Positions 19,771-31,600 of a stretch of 64,000 bases of DNA are shown one piece after another. A model generated the notes under the pieces. The model saw only the letters and a list, made by a program, of their open reading frames with translations. It was not told where the DNA came from and made no database searches. The stretch is from Bacteroidota bacterium (GTDB lineage Bacteria > Bacteroidota > JABWAT01). Each line of letters starts with the position of its first letter. Position 1 is the first letter of the stretch. The position numbers and the translations under genes are program-made. The stretch is from assembly GCA_020161835.1 (NCBI GenBank), contig JAIUNL010000017.1, positions 36,634 through 100,633 on the forward strand, given 5' to 3'.

Positions 19771-20726
19771 CAGGCCTCCTCAGACAGATGCTGACCTGTC
19801 ATTTCAATAAATAAATCATCAAGTGTACGCCGGGTACATTTCAGTGACCGGATTGAATTATCTGTTGCAGTAATTTTAGACAAAAGTAATTGAACCGCAG
19901 CCGGTGTATCAGTTACAGTAAAAGTGTGAACAAGTCTATTTTCGAGCGTATGATAGGTCATAAAAACCGGATTTCCGGCGAGTTCTCCCAGATCAACAGG
20001 CTGATGGGTTTGTATTTCAATTTGCTCACCACCGCCACTTGCACTCAATAATTCTTCCAATGTTCCCTGAGTAAGAATTTCACCTTTATTCATCATTACA
20101 ATCCGGTCACAAAGGTATTCGGCCTCTTCCATGTAATGTGTGGTGAGAATCAGCGTTGTTCCGGTTTCCTTCAGTTTCATCATAATATCCCAAAGATCAC
20201 GCCTTGCTGAAGGATCAAGACCTGTCGTGGGTTCATCAAGTAAAAGCAATTCAGGATAGTTAAGAAGAGCCACGCCAATTGCAAGTCTCTGGCGTTGTCC
20301 GCCCGAAAGATTGGCAGTGTAACTATTTCGTTTTTCTTCGAGCCGAATAAGGGTAAGAATCTCCTCACACCGATCCCTTTTTATTCCGAAAAAAGAAGCA
20401 AAAAGATCGAGGGTTTCCCAAACGGTAATTTTGTCGATGAAATGGGTTTCCTGCAAAGAAAGACCAATTCTTTGTCTGAGGGGCTGTTCATTTCCCTTCC
20501 AGGTTTTACCAAAAAGAAGGATCTCACCCGAATCCGGTTTTTGAATGCCTTCAATCATTTCTACCAAAGTGGTTTTCCCAGCACCATTCGGACCTAAAAG
20601 AGCAACAAATTCACCCTTTTTGATTTGAAGGGACAGATCTTTGACTGCAACAAGTTCTTTGAAAGTTTTCCTGACATGCCGGGCGTCAATGACTGGATTT
20701 TCAATTTGAGGTTGTGTTATCATCAT
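19770..20726 (-). CDS. ABC exporter ATP-binding protein
   Basis: GPNGAGKTT, LSGGQ, LLLLDEPTTGLD, TTHYMEEAE. Confidence 0.95.
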   Translation of the reverse strand: MMITQPQIENPVIDARHVRKTFKELVAVKDLSLQIKKGEFVALLGPNGAGKTTLVEMIEGIQKPDSGEILLFGKTWKGNEQPLRQRIGLSLQETHFIDKITVWETLDLFASFFGIKRDRCEEILTLIRLEEKRNSYTANLSGGQRQRLAIGVALLNYPELLLLDEPTTGLDPSARRDLWDIMMKLKETGTTLILTTHYMEEAEYLCDRIVMMNKGEILTQGTLEELLSASGGGEQIEIQTHQPVDLGELAGNPVFMTYHTLENRLVHTFTVTDTPAAVQLLLSKITATDNSIRSLKCTRRTLDDLFIEMTGQHLSEEA

Positions 20727-20798
20727 AAGTGACCATTAAAATAGTACGGTGGGTAGTTCTACTGAACAACAGAAGTGTTCTTATAATTTCGGACAGAT

Positions 20799-20835
20799 AA
20801 AAAAAATCCAGAACCTGTTTAAAAGCTCTGGATTT
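20799..20835 (-). terminator. Intrinsic terminator
   Basis: AAATCCAGA...TCTGGATTT followed by a U-tract on the minus strand, downstream of 20877-21503. Confidence 0.7.
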
Positions 20836-20876
20836 AACTGTGTTTTTAAGAACGAACTGAAAATTTTGAATCTGAA

Positions 20877-21503
20877 TTATTCGGCAAGAGTTGCTTTTAT
20901 CTTTTTAAAATCAATTGCCTGGGCGTAAGCAGTTACAATTGTTTTATCTTTTACATCAGAACCAGAAATGGTAACAACTACATTATTACCCACCACAAGA
21001 GTAATTTCATGGGAGTTATTCTCAGGTTCAAACTTTTCAAATCCCTTTTCTCCACCAATTTTGACTGATTTTCCCATACTTCCGGCCATCATCGGGTTAT
21101 TGATCATCATCGCCATGGTTGCCATCATCGGCGAATTTACAACGATCGAAATTTTCACTGTTGAAGTAGTATTCAGATCCTCTTCACTTTTGGAAGTAGA
21201 AATCGTGTAGGTTTTTTCAGCCCCGGTTCCACCTCCAAGCATTGCCAGACCCGCTTGATTCATTGCATTTGAGGATTCTTCCGTCCAATCCTTCAGGGGT
21301 GCAGGAAGTGCCTTGCCAAGTTCCTCTGCGATTTTATTATTAATTTCTACAATGGCGGTTTGCAATGCAGTACTTGCTGCAGACCATTTCTGTGATTTAA
21401 CTGCATCCAAAGCTTCTTTGATTGCAGTTTCTGCTTCTGTTTGTGCAAAAACTGAAGTATTGGCAATTATGAATCCGGCGAAAAGAAAAACAATTTTTTT
21501 CAT
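20877..21503 (-). CDS. Secreted hypothetical protein
   Basis: Signal peptide MKKIVFLFAGFIIANTSVFAQ; Met-rich segment; no family recognised. Confidence 0.75.
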   Translation of the reverse strand: MKKIVFLFAGFIIANTSVFAQTEAETAIKEALDAVKSQKWSAASTALQTAIVEINNKIAEELGKALPAPLKDWTEESSNAMNQAGLAMLGGGTGAEKTYTISTSKSEEDLNTTSTVKISIVVNSPMMATMAMMINNPMMAGSMGKSVKIGGEKGFEKFEPENNSHEITLVVGNNVVVTISGSDVKDKTIVTAYAQAIDFKKIKATLAE

Positions 21504-21609
21504 TGATTGACCTTTTTTGGTTAAAAATCAAAACTACATCGTTTGAAAAACCAAATCAACAAGTAAAGACAAAGAAGTCTCATTCTCGTGATTCAGCCAA
21601 CACCCAATT

Positions 21610-22209
21610 TCAAAACAGAGAAAGAAAAACCTGAAAAAATTCGGGATACAACAGTAAAGTAACCACAAACCCGGTAATCGCACCAGTAAAGTGGGCAGAA
21701 TGGTTAATGTTTCCCCAATTGTATTTTGCAGCAAGAGCAGTACCGGCAAGATAAAGAATTGCAAAAATCCAGGCCGGAATTCCAATCGGAATTAAAAAGA
21801 GGTAAATCTCAGTTTGCGGATAGAATAAAATAAAGCTGTACAGAACACCCGAAATTGCCCCTGATGCTCCAAGGCTGGCATAATTTTCATCGTTTTTGTG
21901 TTTGATAAGGGTGGGTATATCTGCAATCACAAGACTCAGAGCATAAATCAGGAAAAAGGATTGTGAACCGATTGTTTTTTCAAGCGGAAAAGCAAAAAAG
22001 TAAAACGTGACCAGATTAAAAAGTAAATGTGCCCAACTGGCATGAACAAATCCACTTGTCACAATGGTAAAATAATCTTTGCCACGGTGAATCGAAAAAG
22101 GATGAAGCATGGTTCTTCCGATGAATGCAGGATTGTACAGAAGTCCGTACAAACTGGGCAGAAGAATCAGAACCAATAAAATTGTTGAAACGGGAGCAGA
22201 ATTGAACAT
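21610..22209 (-). CDS. Rhomboid intramembrane serine protease
   Basis: SGFVHA...HLLFN, GASGAISG, HSAHFTGA. Confidence 0.92.
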   Translation of the reverse strand: MFNSAPVSTILLVLILLPSLYGLLYNPAFIGRTMLHPFSIHRGKDYFTIVTSGFVHASWAHLLFNLVTFYFFAFPLEKTIGSQSFFLIYALSLVIADIPTLIKHKNDENYASLGASGAISGVLYSFILFYPQTEIYLFLIPIGIPAWIFAILYLAGTALAAKYNWGNINHSAHFTGAITGFVVTLLLYPEFFQVFLSLF

Positions 22210-22215
22210 GGAAAT

Positions 22216-22260
22216 AGTTATAAGTTATAAGTTATAAGTTATAAGTTATAAGTGGTAAGT
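22216..22260. repeat. Perfect 7-bp tandem repeat (AGTTATA)x5 plus degenerate copies
   Basis: Read directly; ends 6 nt before the rhomboid start. Confidence 0.9.
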
Positions 22261-22278
22261 GTAAAATAATGAGTTGGC

Positions 22279-22310
22279 TGTCATCCCGGACTTGATCCGG
22301 GATCCATGAC
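22279..22310. repeat. REP-like palindrome TGTCATCCCGGACTTGATCCGGGATCCATGAC
   Basis: ATCCCGGA/TCCGGGAT stem with GTCAT/ATGAC ends, downstream of ilvD. Confidence 0.75.
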
Positions 22311-22358
22311 TTTATGATTCATTTTTTTTAGACAACCCTTTTTCATTCAATAAAAGAA

Positions 22359-24038
22359 TTACAAATCGGTAACGCAACCCAACGAGGCTGATGAAACCAG
22401 TTTTGCATATTTGTAAAGTACACCTTCTGTAGCCGGTAAAGGAGGTTGAATCCAGGATTTTTTTCTTTCCTCAATTTCCTTTTCTGAAACTGCCACTGAA
22501 ATTTCGTTCTTATTAGCATCCAGAGTAATGATATCACCTTCTTTTACAAGACCAATCAGTCCGCCAACGTAGGCTTCCGGAGAAATATGTCCGACAACGA
22601 ATCCGTGAGTTCCACCTGAGAAACGTCCGTCAGTTATGAGTGCAACACTTTTACCCAATCCGGCGCCCATAATTGCTGCCGTAATGGAAAGCATTTCACG
22701 CATTCCGGGTCCGCCTTTCGGACCTTCATACCGGATGACCACAACATCACCCGCCACAACCTTGCCTTGTTCTATTCCAAGAAGTGCAGCTTCTTCACCA
22801 TCATAAACTTTTGCAGGTCCGGTAAACGCCAAACCTTCTTTTCCGGTAATTTTGGCAACTGAACCTTCGGGTGCGAGATTTCCATATAAAATCTGAAGGT
22901 GACCTGATTTTTTAATCGGATTCGACAGAGGAAAAATGACGGGTTGATTGGGTGCCAAGTCCGGGCATTTATCCAGATTTTCTTCAAGGGTATAACCTGT
23001 ACACGTCAGAACATTTCCCTTCAATAACCCATTTTTCAGCAGTAATTTTTGTACGGCAGGAACACCGCCGATTTTATGCAGATCTTCAAAAACATATTTA
23101 CCGGATGGTTTCAGGTCGGCAATAAACGGAACCTGATTTGAAACCATCTGAAAGTCATCAATAGTGAGTTTTACATGTGCTGAATGTGCCATTGCAAGAA
23201 GGTGAAGAACCGCATTGGTTGAACCGCCAAGAGCAATGACAACGGCAATCGCATTCAGAAAAGCATCACGGGTCATGATATCCCGAGGTTTAATATCTTT
23301 TTCAAGCAGATTGAGAATTGCCTTTCCGGCATTCCGGCATTCAGCATATTTCTCTTTTGAATCAGCTGGTAAAGAAGAACTATATGGAAGTGACATTCCC
23401 AATGTTTCAATAGCTGAAGCCATTGTATTTGCAGTGTACATCCCGCCACAAGCTCCCTGTCCCGGACAGGCATGTTTTAAAACATCACACATTTCAAGTT
23501 CTGTTATATTTCCAGAAAGAAATTCTCCATAACTTTCAAATGCTGAAACCACATCGAGTTTTCTATCACCCAAATGTCCTGCTCTGATAGTTCCGCCATA
23601 AATCATGATTGAAGGGCGGTTAATTCTCGCCATTGCAATCAAAGATCCCGGTATATTTTTATCACAACCCGGAAGTGAAATATTTGCATCATACCATTGT
23701 GCACGCATCACGGTTTCGATAGAATCTGCAATCACATCACGTGATGGAAGTGAGGCCTTCATGCCCTGAGTTCCCATTGAAATTCCGTCACTTACTCCAA
23801 TGGTGTGAAAAATAAGCCCAACCAGTCCGGCTTCATTAACACCCTTTTTAACTTCAAGTGCCAGTTCATTTAGGTGCATGTTGCACGGATTTCCATCCCA
23901 ACCCATACTGGCAATTCCAACCTGTGGCTTTTTCATGTCATCATCAGTTAAACCGATGCCATATAACATGGCCTTAGATCCAACCTGACTTTGCTTTTCT
24001 GTAAGTTCTGAACTGAATTTGTTAAGTTTTTCAGACAT
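22359..24038 (-). CDS. ilvD: Dihydroxy-acid dehydratase
   Basis: [50 protein letters not shown]. Confidence 0.97.
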   Translation of the reverse strand: MSEKLNKFSSELTEKQSQVGSKAMLYGIGLTDDDMKKPQVGIASMGWDGNPCNMHLNELALEVKKGVNEAGLVGLIFHTIGVSDGISMGTQGMKASLPSRDVIADSIETVMRAQWYDANISLPGCDKNIPGSLIAMARINRPSIMIYGGTIRAGHLGDRKLDVVSAFESYGEFLSGNITELEMCDVLKHACPGQGACGGMYTANTMASAIETLGMSLPYSSSLPADSKEKYAECRNAGKAILNLLEKDIKPRDIMTRDAFLNAIAVVIALGGSTNAVLHLLAMAHSAHVKLTIDDFQMVSNQVPFIADLKPSGKYVFEDLHKIGGVPAVQKLLLKNGLLKGNVLTCTGYTLEENLDKCPDLAPNQPVIFPLSNPIKKSGHLQILYGNLAPEGSVAKITGKEGLAFTGPAKVYDGEEAALLGIEQGKVVAGDVVVIRYEGPKGGPGMREMLSITAAIMGAGLGKSVALITDGRFSGGTHGFVVGHISPEAYVGGLIGLVKEGDIITLDANKNEISVAVSEKEIEERKKSWIQPPLPATEGVLYKYAKLVSSASLGCVTDL

Positions 24039-24395
24039 GGTAAATTGTTTCTTTTATTTGTTGAAAAATTGTGTGTTAATAAACCTGCAGAAATACCCGA
24101 CCAGTTTATCGATTTATTTCTCAAAATAAGAATTTTATATTTTCCGATGAAACCTCTTTCTTAAAATCTTTAGGTAATATTCAAAAAAACTTCCTTTTGT
24201 TAAGTCTTGAGTGTATCAACTTTTCATCATTCCGCAGATCAATAAACATTCCTTACTTATTATTTTACAAGTACTTAGCTGTAGTTATTCTTCTAATTAT
24301 AATCCGATTAGTTTTCCCGGGAAACCTATTATTTATTGTGAAAATGGGGTAATTTTATGGCAACTAAATTCACTTCATCCACAAGGAGGAAGACA

Positions 24396-25793
24396 ATGCC
24401 AAATTCACGAGAGAACCTTTTACCGGCTGTAGATCCCGCCTATTGTAAAGGGTGTGCCAGGTGCATCGATGCCTGTTTGCATAATTGCATCGAAATGGGA
24501 AATGAAATTAATCCTCTGACCGGTTTGACTCCGGTCATTCTTCATCTTGAAGATTGTACCCATTGCGGATTGTGTGTGACTGCTTGCCCGGAACCGTATG
24601 GACTTCACATGGATTCGATAACAGATGATTACTCTGCAGTTCGTCCTGAAACCTTTGATGGTGTTGTTAAAACCCGTCCAAAAGCAGCTTCAATTCCCTC
24701 AACGAAAATCCCCATCGATCCGGGAAAACCCATTCTGATCAAAGGAACTTATGCATCATCCATTGGTGCAGTATTGGCCGGTTGCCGCCATTTTTACGGT
24801 TACCCGATTACTCCTTCAACTGAAGGAGCTGAATTGATGGCAAAATTGCTCCCGAATCTGGATGGAATTTTCATTCAGGCAGTTTCTGAAGTTGCTGCCA
24901 TCAATATGCTTTACGGTACAGGTGGTGCAGGACTTCCCTGTATGACGTTCACATCCTCACCTGGATTTTCTCTGATGCTTGAGGGAATTTCGTATATGAT
25001 CGGGTCTGAAGTTCCTTCAGTAATTGTTAATATTATGCGTGGCGGACCTGGTCTTGGAAATATTGCACCTGAACAGAGTGATTTAAAATTGGTTTGTCAT
25101 GGTTTGGGTCACGGAAACACACAATGTGTTGTTCTTGCACCGGCAACTCCTCAGGAAATGCTGGATTTAACCATGCTCGCTTTTGACCTGACTTTTAAAT
25201 ACAGAAATCCGGTTATTATTATCGGCGATGGATATCTGGGGCAAATAACAGGAAAAGTTTCTCTTCCCGATTACATGATTCAACCGGGACTTCCTGATTG
25301 GGCCGTTTATGGCGATGCAGGTCATCGTGGGAATCTGATTGCTTCAATTGACATTACCGAACCGGACCTGGAAGCAAGAAACATAAGACTGAATCATAAA
25401 TATGACACGATGATCAAGGCTGAGCAACGGTCTGATTCTTTCTTCTGTGAGGATGCTGAGATTTTATTGGTTGCAATGAATACACCCGCCCAAATGGCAA
25501 AAGGTGCTGTTCAGCAATTAAGGAGTGAAGGTGTAAAAGTAGGCTTATTCCGACCCATCACAGCCTGGCCTTTTCCTGTTGATGCACTTGCAAAACTAAT
25601 TCCACAAATCCGTCAGATTGTTGTGGTTGAAGCCAGTAACGGTCAGTTGGAGGATGAAATCAGACTTTCATTGAGTAAAGCTGGCGTTACCCAATTGCCA
25701 CCTATAAGTTTTGTAAGAAGATTTGGTGGGATTCTTCCGCAGACCCACGAAATTGTTGAGAAAATTCACGCACTGGAAGGAGTTGTAGCATGA
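24396..25793 (+). CDS. vorB: 2-oxoacid:ferredoxin oxidoreductase alpha subunit (VorB-like) with fused N-terminal 2[4Fe-4S] ferredoxin
   Basis: AGGAGG before ATG 24396; CKGCARCIDAC and CTHCGLCVTACP; GYPITPSTE, SSPGFSL, RGGPGLGNI. Confidence 0.8.
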   Translation: MPNSRENLLPAVDPAYCKGCARCIDACLHNCIEMGNEINPLTGLTPVILHLEDCTHCGLCVTACPEPYGLHMDSITDDYSAVRPETFDGVVKTRPKAASIPSTKIPIDPGKPILIKGTYASSIGAVLAGCRHFYGYPITPSTEGAELMAKLLPNLDGIFIQAVSEVAAINMLYGTGGAGLPCMTFTSSPGFSLMLEGISYMIGSEVPSVIVNIMRGGPGLGNIAPEQSDLKLVCHGLGHGNTQCVVLAPATPQEMLDLTMLAFDLTFKYRNPVIIIGDGYLGQITGKVSLPDYMIQPGLPDWAVYGDAGHRGNLIASIDITEPDLEARNIRLNHKYDTMIKAEQRSDSFFCEDAEILLVAMNTPAQMAKGAVQQLRSEGVKVGLFRPITAWPFPVDALAKLIPQIRQIVVVEASNGQLEDEIRLSLSKAGVTQLPPISFVRRFGGILPQTHEIVEKIHALEGVVA

Positions 25794-27214
25794 GCGCATT
25801 TTATAATACCTTTGAACGCCATTCACATGGTGAAGGATTAAAAGGCCACTCAACTCATTACTGTCCGGGTTGTGGTCATGGTTTGGCTCATAAGTTTCTA
25901 GCAGAAAGTATCGATGAACTGGGTATTCAGGACCGCACCATTGCCATTTCTCCGGTAGGATGTTCAGTATTCCTCTATTATTATATGGATGTAGGAAACT
26001 CTCAGGCTGCACATGGCCGTGCTCCGGCAGTTGCAATCGGACACAAAATGGCAAATCCAAATTCTATTGTGGTAAGCTATCAGGGGGATGGAGATTTAGC
26101 TTCAATCGGGCTTGCTGAAATTATTTCCGCTGCACAAATGGGATTGCCCATTTCAGTCATTTTTGTGAATAATGCAATTTACGGTATGACAGGTGGACAA
26201 ATGGCACCAACTACTTTAAAGGGAATGAAAACAATGACTTCCCCTTATGGCCGTAACGAAAACATGGGATCCCCACTCAAAATGGCGGAACTCATTGCCC
26301 AAATGGATTCCCCTATTTATGTTGAACGGGTTGCCCTTTTTGATTCCAAACAAAGAATCCGTGCAAAAAAAGCGATAAAAAAAGCTTTACAGATTCAGGT
26401 TGAAAACAAAGGATTTTCTTTTGTTGAAGTTCTGGCAGAATGTCCGACTCACCTTCATCTTTCACCTTCTGATGCTCAGGATTGGGTAAAAAACTCAATG
26501 CTGCCTGTCTTCCCTCTTGGTGTTAAAAAAGATGTTGAACCGACACATATCTTCAGCTTTGAAAAACCATCATTTGAATCTGCAAAATTACTTAGTCTCA
26601 TTGGGGCAACTGCAGAAGATGTTCCAAAATTTGCTGATACTTTTCCAAAACATATCGATCCGCTTGATATCAGCTTAAAATTGGCAGGTTCTGGCGGGGA
26701 TGGAGCACAAACAGCTGCCCTTCTGATTACAAGAACAGCGATAAATGAAGGTTTTGATTCAACACATATTCCAAGCTACGGTCCTGAATCAAGAGGTGGA
26801 ACGAGTTATGCTGACGTTCATATTGCCGAAATGGAGGTTCTCTCTCCATCAGCACCAGATCCCCATATCCTGATTGCTTTCAATCAGCCAAGTATGGATA
26901 AATTTGCACCAAAGGTTAGAGAAAACGGGATCATTATTGGCGACAGTACCGTTATTCATACAATGCCTGCCATTGACCCTACTGTTAAAATTGTGATGGT
27001 TCCAATGTCAGCAATTGCAACTGAACTTGGCAAAATCATGGTAAAGAATGTAGTTGCACTCGGGGCACTTCAGGCGGCTACCGGATTATTTCCGGAGCAG
27101 TCTTTCCTAACTGCAATTCAACAGGGGTTAAAGGACAAGAAGGAATTATTTCCTCTAAACGTAGAAGCTTTCCATCGGGGTATGGAAGCAGCTCTGAAAT
27201 CTGAAAAAATATAA
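25790..27214 (+). CDS. vorA: 2-oxoacid:ferredoxin oxidoreductase beta-gamma fusion (VorA-like)
   Basis: YCPGCGH, GDGD..N TPP motif, YGMTGGQMAPT; gamma part AGSGGDG, PSYGPESRGGTS. Confidence 0.75.
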   Translation: MSAFYNTFERHSHGEGLKGHSTHYCPGCGHGLAHKFLAESIDELGIQDRTIAISPVGCSVFLYYYMDVGNSQAAHGRAPAVAIGHKMANPNSIVVSYQGDGDLASIGLAEIISAAQMGLPISVIFVNNAIYGMTGGQMAPTTLKGMKTMTSPYGRNENMGSPLKMAELIAQMDSPIYVERVALFDSKQRIRAKKAIKKALQIQVENKGFSFVEVLAECPTHLHLSPSDAQDWVKNSMLPVFPLGVKKDVEPTHIFSFEKPSFESAKLLSLIGATAEDVPKFADTFPKHIDPLDISLKLAGSGGDGAQTAALLITRTAINEGFDSTHIPSYGPESRGGTSYADVHIAEMEVLSPSAPDPHILIAFNQPSMDKFAPKVRENGIIIGDSTVIHTMPAIDPTVKIVMVPMSAIATELGKIMVKNVVALGALQAATGLFPEQSFLTAIQQGLKDKKELFPLNVEAFHRGMEAALKSEKI

Positions 27215-27221
27215 ACGTATA

Positions 27222-27260
27222 TTGAGTCTGTCCGGAATTATTTTGGCCGGACAGACTCAA
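27222..27260. terminator. 14-bp perfect inverted repeat after the vor genes
   Basis: TTGAGTCTGTCCGG-11nt-CCGGACAGACTCAA; no clear U-tract. Confidence 0.45.
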
Positions 27261-27341
27261 CCATTAATCAAAATGATTACAATTGGTCATTTTCTGAGAT
27301 AGAAAGTTTATACCATTTTAAATAATTTATTAGTATTTAGC

Positions 27342-27415
27342 GTACCCGTATCCCTTACCCCACACCCCGATCACATAACACATGCCACTTACCACTTTTC
27401 CCTCGTCCCCTGTCA
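27342..27415. repeat. Degenerate 7-bp tandem repeat run (about 10 units) abutting the fabH stop
   Basis: gtacccg tatccct tacccca caccccg atcacat aacacat gccactt accactt ttccctc gtcccct. Confidence 0.75.
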
Positions 27416-28492
27416 CGGGACTTTGTAAACCATTGCTGAAATACTCATTCCTGATCCAACAGCAGCAAAAACAATAGTGTCACCCGGATTAAATTCATAT
27501 CCCTCTAACTTACCTCTATTAATCAAATCATACAAGGTCGGCACAGAAGCAACAGCATTGTTTCCCAACCATGAAATAATCAAAGGTAAAAATCCATCAG
27601 GATATGTTTCCTGCCCGTCCAGCTTGAATAATCTGGCAGTAATTGCCTCCAGCATTTTGGTATTGGCCTGGTGGATGAGCAGCATCTTGATATCAGAAAG
27701 GGTAAGTCCTGCTTTTTTTATGGTTTGATAAATTGCAGTTGGAACATTGTCCAACGCATATTCATAAAGTTTTGGTCCATCCATTTTCACATACAGATTT
27801 TGTTGATCATGATCCGGATTATATGAAGGACCCATTTTTAAAAGCAAATTGTGCTCAAAACTATCCGTTCGGGTTAGACTGGCCAGAATCCCAACCCCTG
27901 ATTTCCCTTCCAATCTTTCAAGAATGACAGCACCAGCACCATCTGAAAAAATCATTGAATCACGGTCATAGGGGTCTGAAACCCTTGAAAGTGTCTCAAC
28001 ACCAATGACGAGAGCCAATTTCCCATTTTCTGAGTCAAGCCAGTTCTTTGCCTGAATCAAACCTAATATCCAGGCAGGACAGCCAAAATTAATATCATAA
28101 GCAATACAATATGGATTTACAATTCCAAGTTTAGCCTTAATTCTTGATGCAACACTGGGGATCAGATCACCACGATTGGTTCCCTCCTGAATATCACCAA
28201 AGTTTTGAGCACAAATAATCAGGTCTATACTTTCTTTATTTTTCCCACTTTTTTCAAGTGCATCTACCGCTGCAAAAAAACCTAAATCGGAAGTTACATG
28301 TCCAGATTCAATCCATCTTCGCTCATTAATACCGGTAATCTTTGCAAATTTACTAATCACGAGTTCATTTTGTGATTGAATTCTTTTTTTACTCCTGTCA
28401 TAAAAATGTGAGGGTGAAAAGTGCTGATTCGAGATTGAACCTTTAGGGATAAAAGACCCGGAACCGGCGATAATGAATGAATTACTTGTCAT
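27413..28492 (-). CDS. fabH: 3-oxoacyl-ACP synthase III (FabH family)
   Basis: TGI.ERR, FGCPAW (catalytic Cys), FSDGAGA, HQAN, GNN..AS.P. Confidence 0.8.
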   Translation of the reverse strand: MTSNSFIIAGSGSFIPKGSISNQHFSPSHFYDRSKKRIQSQNELVISKFAKITGINERRWIESGHVTSDLGFFAAVDALEKSGKNKESIDLIICAQNFGDIQEGTNRGDLIPSVASRIKAKLGIVNPYCIAYDINFGCPAWILGLIQAKNWLDSENGKLALVIGVETLSRVSDPYDRDSMIFSDGAGAVILERLEGKSGVGILASLTRTDSFEHNLLLKMGPSYNPDHDQQNLYVKMDGPKLYEYALDNVPTAIYQTIKKAGLTLSDIKMLLIHQANTKMLEAITARLFKLDGQETYPDGFLPLIISWLGNNAVASVPTLYDLINRGKLEGYEFNPGDTIVFAAVGSGMSISAMVYKVP

Positions 28493-28555
28493 TTCTGTTT
28501 AAAAACCTATCAAAGAATATAAAGGAAAAAGATAAACCAAAAATAGGAATTGTAT

Positions 28556-28591
28556 AAACAAAAAAGGCAGCCGAGGCTGCCTTTTTTGTTT
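28556..28591 (-). terminator. Intrinsic terminator after the giant T9SS gene
   Basis: AAACAAAAAAGGCAGC-cgag-GCTGCCTTTTTTGTTT. Confidence 0.85.
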
Positions 28592-28606
28592 TCTGTCCCA
28601 GGTATA

Positions 28607-31600
28607 TTACTTGAGCAGAATCATTTTTTGAGTTTTCACATAACCATCTGTAACAATTCGAACAAAATACTGTCCGGTTGCAACGATATTTCCACTACGA
28701 TCACGACCATCCCACACGACATCATAAAAATTAGGTTTCATGATTTCATTTTTGAGTGTTCTGATTTCCTGACCCATAATGTTGTAAATGATCATGCTTA
28801 CACGTTGCTCTTTAGCCACATCAATCGGAATTGTTGTAGATGGGTTGAACGGATTTGGATAGTTATGGTATAAGGAGAATTCTTTAGGAGCTTCAAACAT
28901 AACTGAATTCAAATCCTTCTTATATTCAGTACCATCATAATCGATACTTACAAGGCGGTATTTGTATTGGAATCCAACCATTGCCGATTTATCCATGTAG
29001 GTATATTTACTTCTGCTTGAAGTTGTTCCTGCACCACCGAGTTTGCCAATTTCACCAAAATCAAGACTGTCACTTTCAGTTACAGTAGATCTTTCAATCC
29101 GCCATTGGCTGTTTCCGGTTTCAGACTCAGTTTCCCATTTCACCTCTATACCACCACGTCTTGCTGTAATTGTACTTCCAGCAAATTCGACAGGAAGACT
29201 TGATTCATCAACTGCATTTGAAAGGAACCATGTACCTGCAAGGTTAGCACCCAATGCATTTCTGGTTGCAAGCCGTGTTGTTCCATTTACCGCATTATTT
29301 GCAAATGGGGTATAAACAAGTCCAACTTTTCTCCAGAAGTTCAATGTTGCATCAGCAATTTGTCCATTTTGATCATTAGCACCCCAATATTGGGTCATAG
29401 CAACATTATTTGCAGTACCTGTTGGAGTTACGACATAATAACGTTGAATAACGATTTTTTTGAGAGGATCAAAATAACCGTCAAATAGCTGAACATTCAC
29501 ACTTGTAACTGTACCACGGTCAGTAAAATTCAGAACCAGGTCATTACCGAATGTAAAGCTTGTATTCGCAGCAACAGCTTGAGTTTCGTTAAATAACCAC
29601 CTAACAAAACCTCTTCCATCAGTTCCAACTACATCATTTTCATAACGGGCGCCAGAAAAAGCACCTTTATAATTGTTAACAATATAGCTACCTGTATTCG
29701 CAGAGATATTATATGTTGGTCCTCCTGTGAAATTCATTCCATCAAACTGAAGTGTCTGGTTGTTTTCAAGTCGTAAGTAAGCTAAAGCATCACTCTTACC
29801 ATTGGCAAACTGCACATTGTCCAGTTTATTGCTGGCATTGATTGTTGCACCGCTTCTCACTCTTAAACCATAACCACCAGTTGCCCCAACATAGCTAAAA
29901 ATAGCATTTTTGGCATTAAGAGTTCCACCAGACAAGACATCAACCTGGTAGTAGCTAGATCCGTTTTCACTGGTAACAGTTGCATTTGCTACAGTACTGG
30001 CTCCGACGGCTGTAAGTGTACCACCACTGTTTACCGTAACAACAGTACCATTCGAAAGTCTAACGTCCGTATTTGAATTGACAGTCATGGTGCCAGATAC
30101 CCCAATAACCGCAGATTGGATAGTAGAAAACCCGTTGGTAAAAGATCCGCCGGTAGCAATGTTTAAGTTATAGGTACCAGCAGAAACATAGGTTACAAGT
30201 GCCCTGTTTGAAAGTCCAGTTCCAACAGCACTCAATGAACCGGTTACTGTATTTGTAGTTCCTGGATAGAACTTCATTTGGGAACCTGCATCTACTGAAA
30301 GAGTACCAGATGAACCAACCGATACATTATCAGAAGCATCATTGCCTGAAGAAACTATTTTACCATTAACAAACAGTGTTCCACTCGTTACCGTTAATGC
30401 TCCTGTTAGGGAAAGGTTAGAGTTAAGTGTAATAATATTTGCTGGGTTTGATTTGTTTACAACAAGATTATTAAAGCTTTGATTGTTTGTTGTAAGATTA
30501 AAGTTACCAGAACCACCAAATGTAACCGTTCCGGATCCTGCAGTGAAAGTTGCTGCTGTATTGGTCCAGGTTCCCAACAAGTTAATGTTGAGTGCACCAA
30601 CAGCAAAAGTTCCAGCAGTTAGAGTAAGATTATTACTCAGTGTCAGGTTATTTGTCGTTAAAGTAACTGAACCGCCACCCGTTTTATTGATAACAAGTGC
30701 ATACAATGAACTTGTGCGTGGATCCAGGGTTTTAGTACCGGTTCCATTCATTGTTATAGTCCCAGAACGGCTAGTAAGAAGTCCTGTACCGGTAATGCTA
30801 AGATTTCCACCAATATTAAGAGCATAATTATTAGTAGTTACATCTAAAGTACCTGCACTGATTGTTAAATTATTCGTAACAGTCAAAGCTGCCGAGAGAT
30901 TAAATGTTGATGCACCACTTAGTGTCAGGTTATAAAGTGATGAACCCCCATTCGAAATAGTTTTGGTTCCCGAAGCTGAAGTGAGAACAACCGTTCCCGT
31001 TCCGGCAGTAAAGGTACCCGAGTTTGTAAATGAATTACCAACTGTAATGGTAGACCCACCGGCTATTAGTGTTCCACTATTTGATAGAATATTACTTACT
31101 ACCAGAGTAGCACTACCAGATAGGGTTAATGTGGCACCACCATTGATAGTAACATTTTTGGCAGCCGCATCATCTGCAGCATCAATAGTTGGAGCAAATG
31201 GTGTTCCTGAAGGAATGGTAACAACCAGATTTGCAACATCAACATGCGCGGTACGAGGATAGTCTGCAGGAACGCCAACACCATCAAACCAGTTATTCAC
31301 GTTACCCCAGTCAGTATCAACTGCACCAGTCCAGGTAAAAGTACTACCCGAAGATGACCAACGGATCGCACCAGTTGTAGGACTTTGGGATGTATTATCA
31401 TCCTCATAGAGATAACCACTTAAAGAACCACCAGCATCACGGAATTCCATAATATTGGCACCACTTGTTCTTCTTACATTGTAAAGTGGTCCTGAGTTAA
31501 ATGTAACATCATTAATAGGGTTCCCACCAAATACGTGGTTAGATGCATCACTGAATTCACCAAGGAAATTCAAATAAACTCCCCCAGTAGTTCCATTTGC

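Noticed and set aside
24207-24219. FNR-like box TTGAGTGTATCAA upstream of the vor genes
   Set aside because: One nt short of TTGAT-N4-ATCAA with a mismatched left half
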